This document shows, one piece after another, positions 34,303 to 35,899 of a DNA stretch of 35,899 nucleotides. Origin of the DNA: Malacoraja senta. Lineage: Eukaryota. Within the stretch, counting starts at the first letter, position 1, and every line of letters begins with the position of its first letter. The notes below the pieces were generated by a model. It was not told the origin of the DNA, did not search any database, and saw nothing but the letters and a program-made list of their open reading frames with translations. Both the position numbers and the translations under genes were made by a program. The DNA is taken from NCBI GenBank assembly GCA_038087875.1, contig JAXLNO010000270.1, positions 248,001 through 283,899 of the forward strand, written 5' to 3'.

Positions 34303-35690
34303 CAATACTATAATGCCAAGTAACTTCAGAACGTGGTAAACATACAATGTGTAAACCGAATGATTCAAACGTTTAAAGCCTCTTGCAGAGGCTACTGCTG
34401 CTGAAGCAAAAACGTGCTTTAAATAACGTCCAACAAACACACTCACCATAGACAGAGCATTAAGCTCTCTTGAATTATTCAACGACGTCTTCTGCACTCA
34501 GCGCTATCTTGACGTCACCCTCCATCTTCTTGCCACGAACCGAAATGACGCACACGGCGCCAGCTTGCCGGCAAACCGGAAATTATGTCATCGGCGCCAT
34601 CCTGCCACTAAGCGGAAGTCACGGAATGAGCTCCAATTTTGCAATTAAACACAGTCCTGATCTAATAAAATGTTATTCACGCTTTATCCATCCGAAAACT
34701 GTTGCAACCATTTTTAAACCAAGACAAACAATTTGGCAAACAATTTACAACCAATACATTTTCTGAAACCCTGTTTAAAAGCCTAGACAATTTGGCAAAC
34801 ACTTACAACAATACATTTCTGAAAACATTTTTTTAAAGTCAAGAATTTTTTTTGCAAACACTTTACAACCAATTCAATTTCTGTAAACATTTTTTTAAAA
34901 GCCAAGACAAACTATTTTGCAAACACTGTACAACCAACACATTTTCTCAAAAACATTATTTTAAAAAGCCATGACAAACTATTTGCAAACACTTTACAAC
35001 CATACATTGTCTGAAAACACACACACACACAAGACTCACACACACACTCACACACTCACACACTCTCACAACCAATACTAAAATGCTAAGTAACTTCAGA
35101 ACGTGGTAAACATACAGTGCGTAAACCGAATGATTCAAACGTTTAAAGCCTCCTGTAGGAGGCTGCTGCTGCTGAAGCAAAAACGTGCTTTAATTAACGT
35201 CCAACAAACACGCTCACCATAGACAGAGCAGTAAGGCTCCCCTTGAATTATTCAACGACGTCTCCACTATGCCTTCTGCAGTCAGCGCCATCTTGCCACG
35301 AACAGGAAATGGTGCACATCGCCATCTTGCCGCTAACCGGAAATGACGGCGTCGGCGCCATTTTGCCACTAAGCAGAAGTCACGGAATGAGCGCCAATTT
35401 TGCAAATAAACACAGTCCTGATCTGATAAAATGTTTATTCACGCTTTATCCATCCGAAAAATGTTGCAACGATTTTAAAAGCCAAGACAATTTGGCAAAC
35501 ACTTTACAAACCAATACATTTTCTGAAAACTTTTTAAAAGCAAGACAAGTTGGCAAACACATTACAACCAATACATTTTCTGTAAATTGTTTAAAAAGCC
35601 AAGACAATTTGGCAAAACACTTTACAACCAATACATTTTCTGAAAACGTTTTAATACCCAAGACAAACAATTTGGCAAACAATTTACAAC
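34301..35690. repeat. 770-bp tandem duplication, each copy holding ~36-bp and ~58-bp sub-repeats
   Basis: accaatacta.aatgc.aagtaacttcagaacgtggtaaacatac at 34301 and 35071; ~58-bp units agccaagacaatttggcaaacactttacaaccaatacattttctgaaaac at about 34715-35015 and 35475-35690. Confidence 0.9.
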
Positions 35691-35899
35691 CGCATCGAGG
35701 GGACTCACCGTCGAGTAAACGTGCGTTCAGTGTTATTCGCAGCTCAGAGAGCCCTGACCCTCTCGCTCCTCCATCTCGCAGAGAATTAATGAGGCACTAT
35801 ACTTCCGGGTTTTATAGTCCCTCCCCCTGCCACCAGCGGGGGCAGCAGTAGAGAAATGGCGACATTTTTTTAAAAAACATAATAAAACTCTGGTGATTT

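Noticed and set aside
35243..35851. 202-aa ORF with QDNLANTLQTNTFSENF repeats
   Set aside because: Arises from ~58-bp sub-repeats; the paralogous copy at 34470-34766 terminates early, so the frame is not conserved.

Overview
Repeat-rich vertebrate genomic DNA, most likely a cartilaginous fish (skate, ray or shark). This is inferred from the CR1 tails, tRNA-derived SINEs, Penelope fragments and the GPR139-like receptor; it is not prokaryotic. The only convincing host gene is an intact minus-strand class A GPCR of the GPR139/GPR142-like group. Its true CDS is spliced (8636-8567 + 7484-6586, 322 aa), not the 350-aa ORF in the track. The centre (10687-25946) is a three-level nested insertion: a decayed DIRS tyrosine-recombinase retrotransposon with both ITRs and the ICR, interrupted by a full-length L2 LINE, itself interrupted by a full-length L1 LINE with a 14-bp TSD. 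The rest is CR1, Rex/Babar, Penelope and SINE fragments plus several satellites. The most striking signal is a ~137-nt TSD-flanked retroelement in a 29-bp satellite whose first 54 nt fold into a minimal CPEB3/HDV-like ribozyme (30564-30511, minus strand), with predicted G1 exactly at the element boundary. All alignments and folds were done by eye; no database searches were run.
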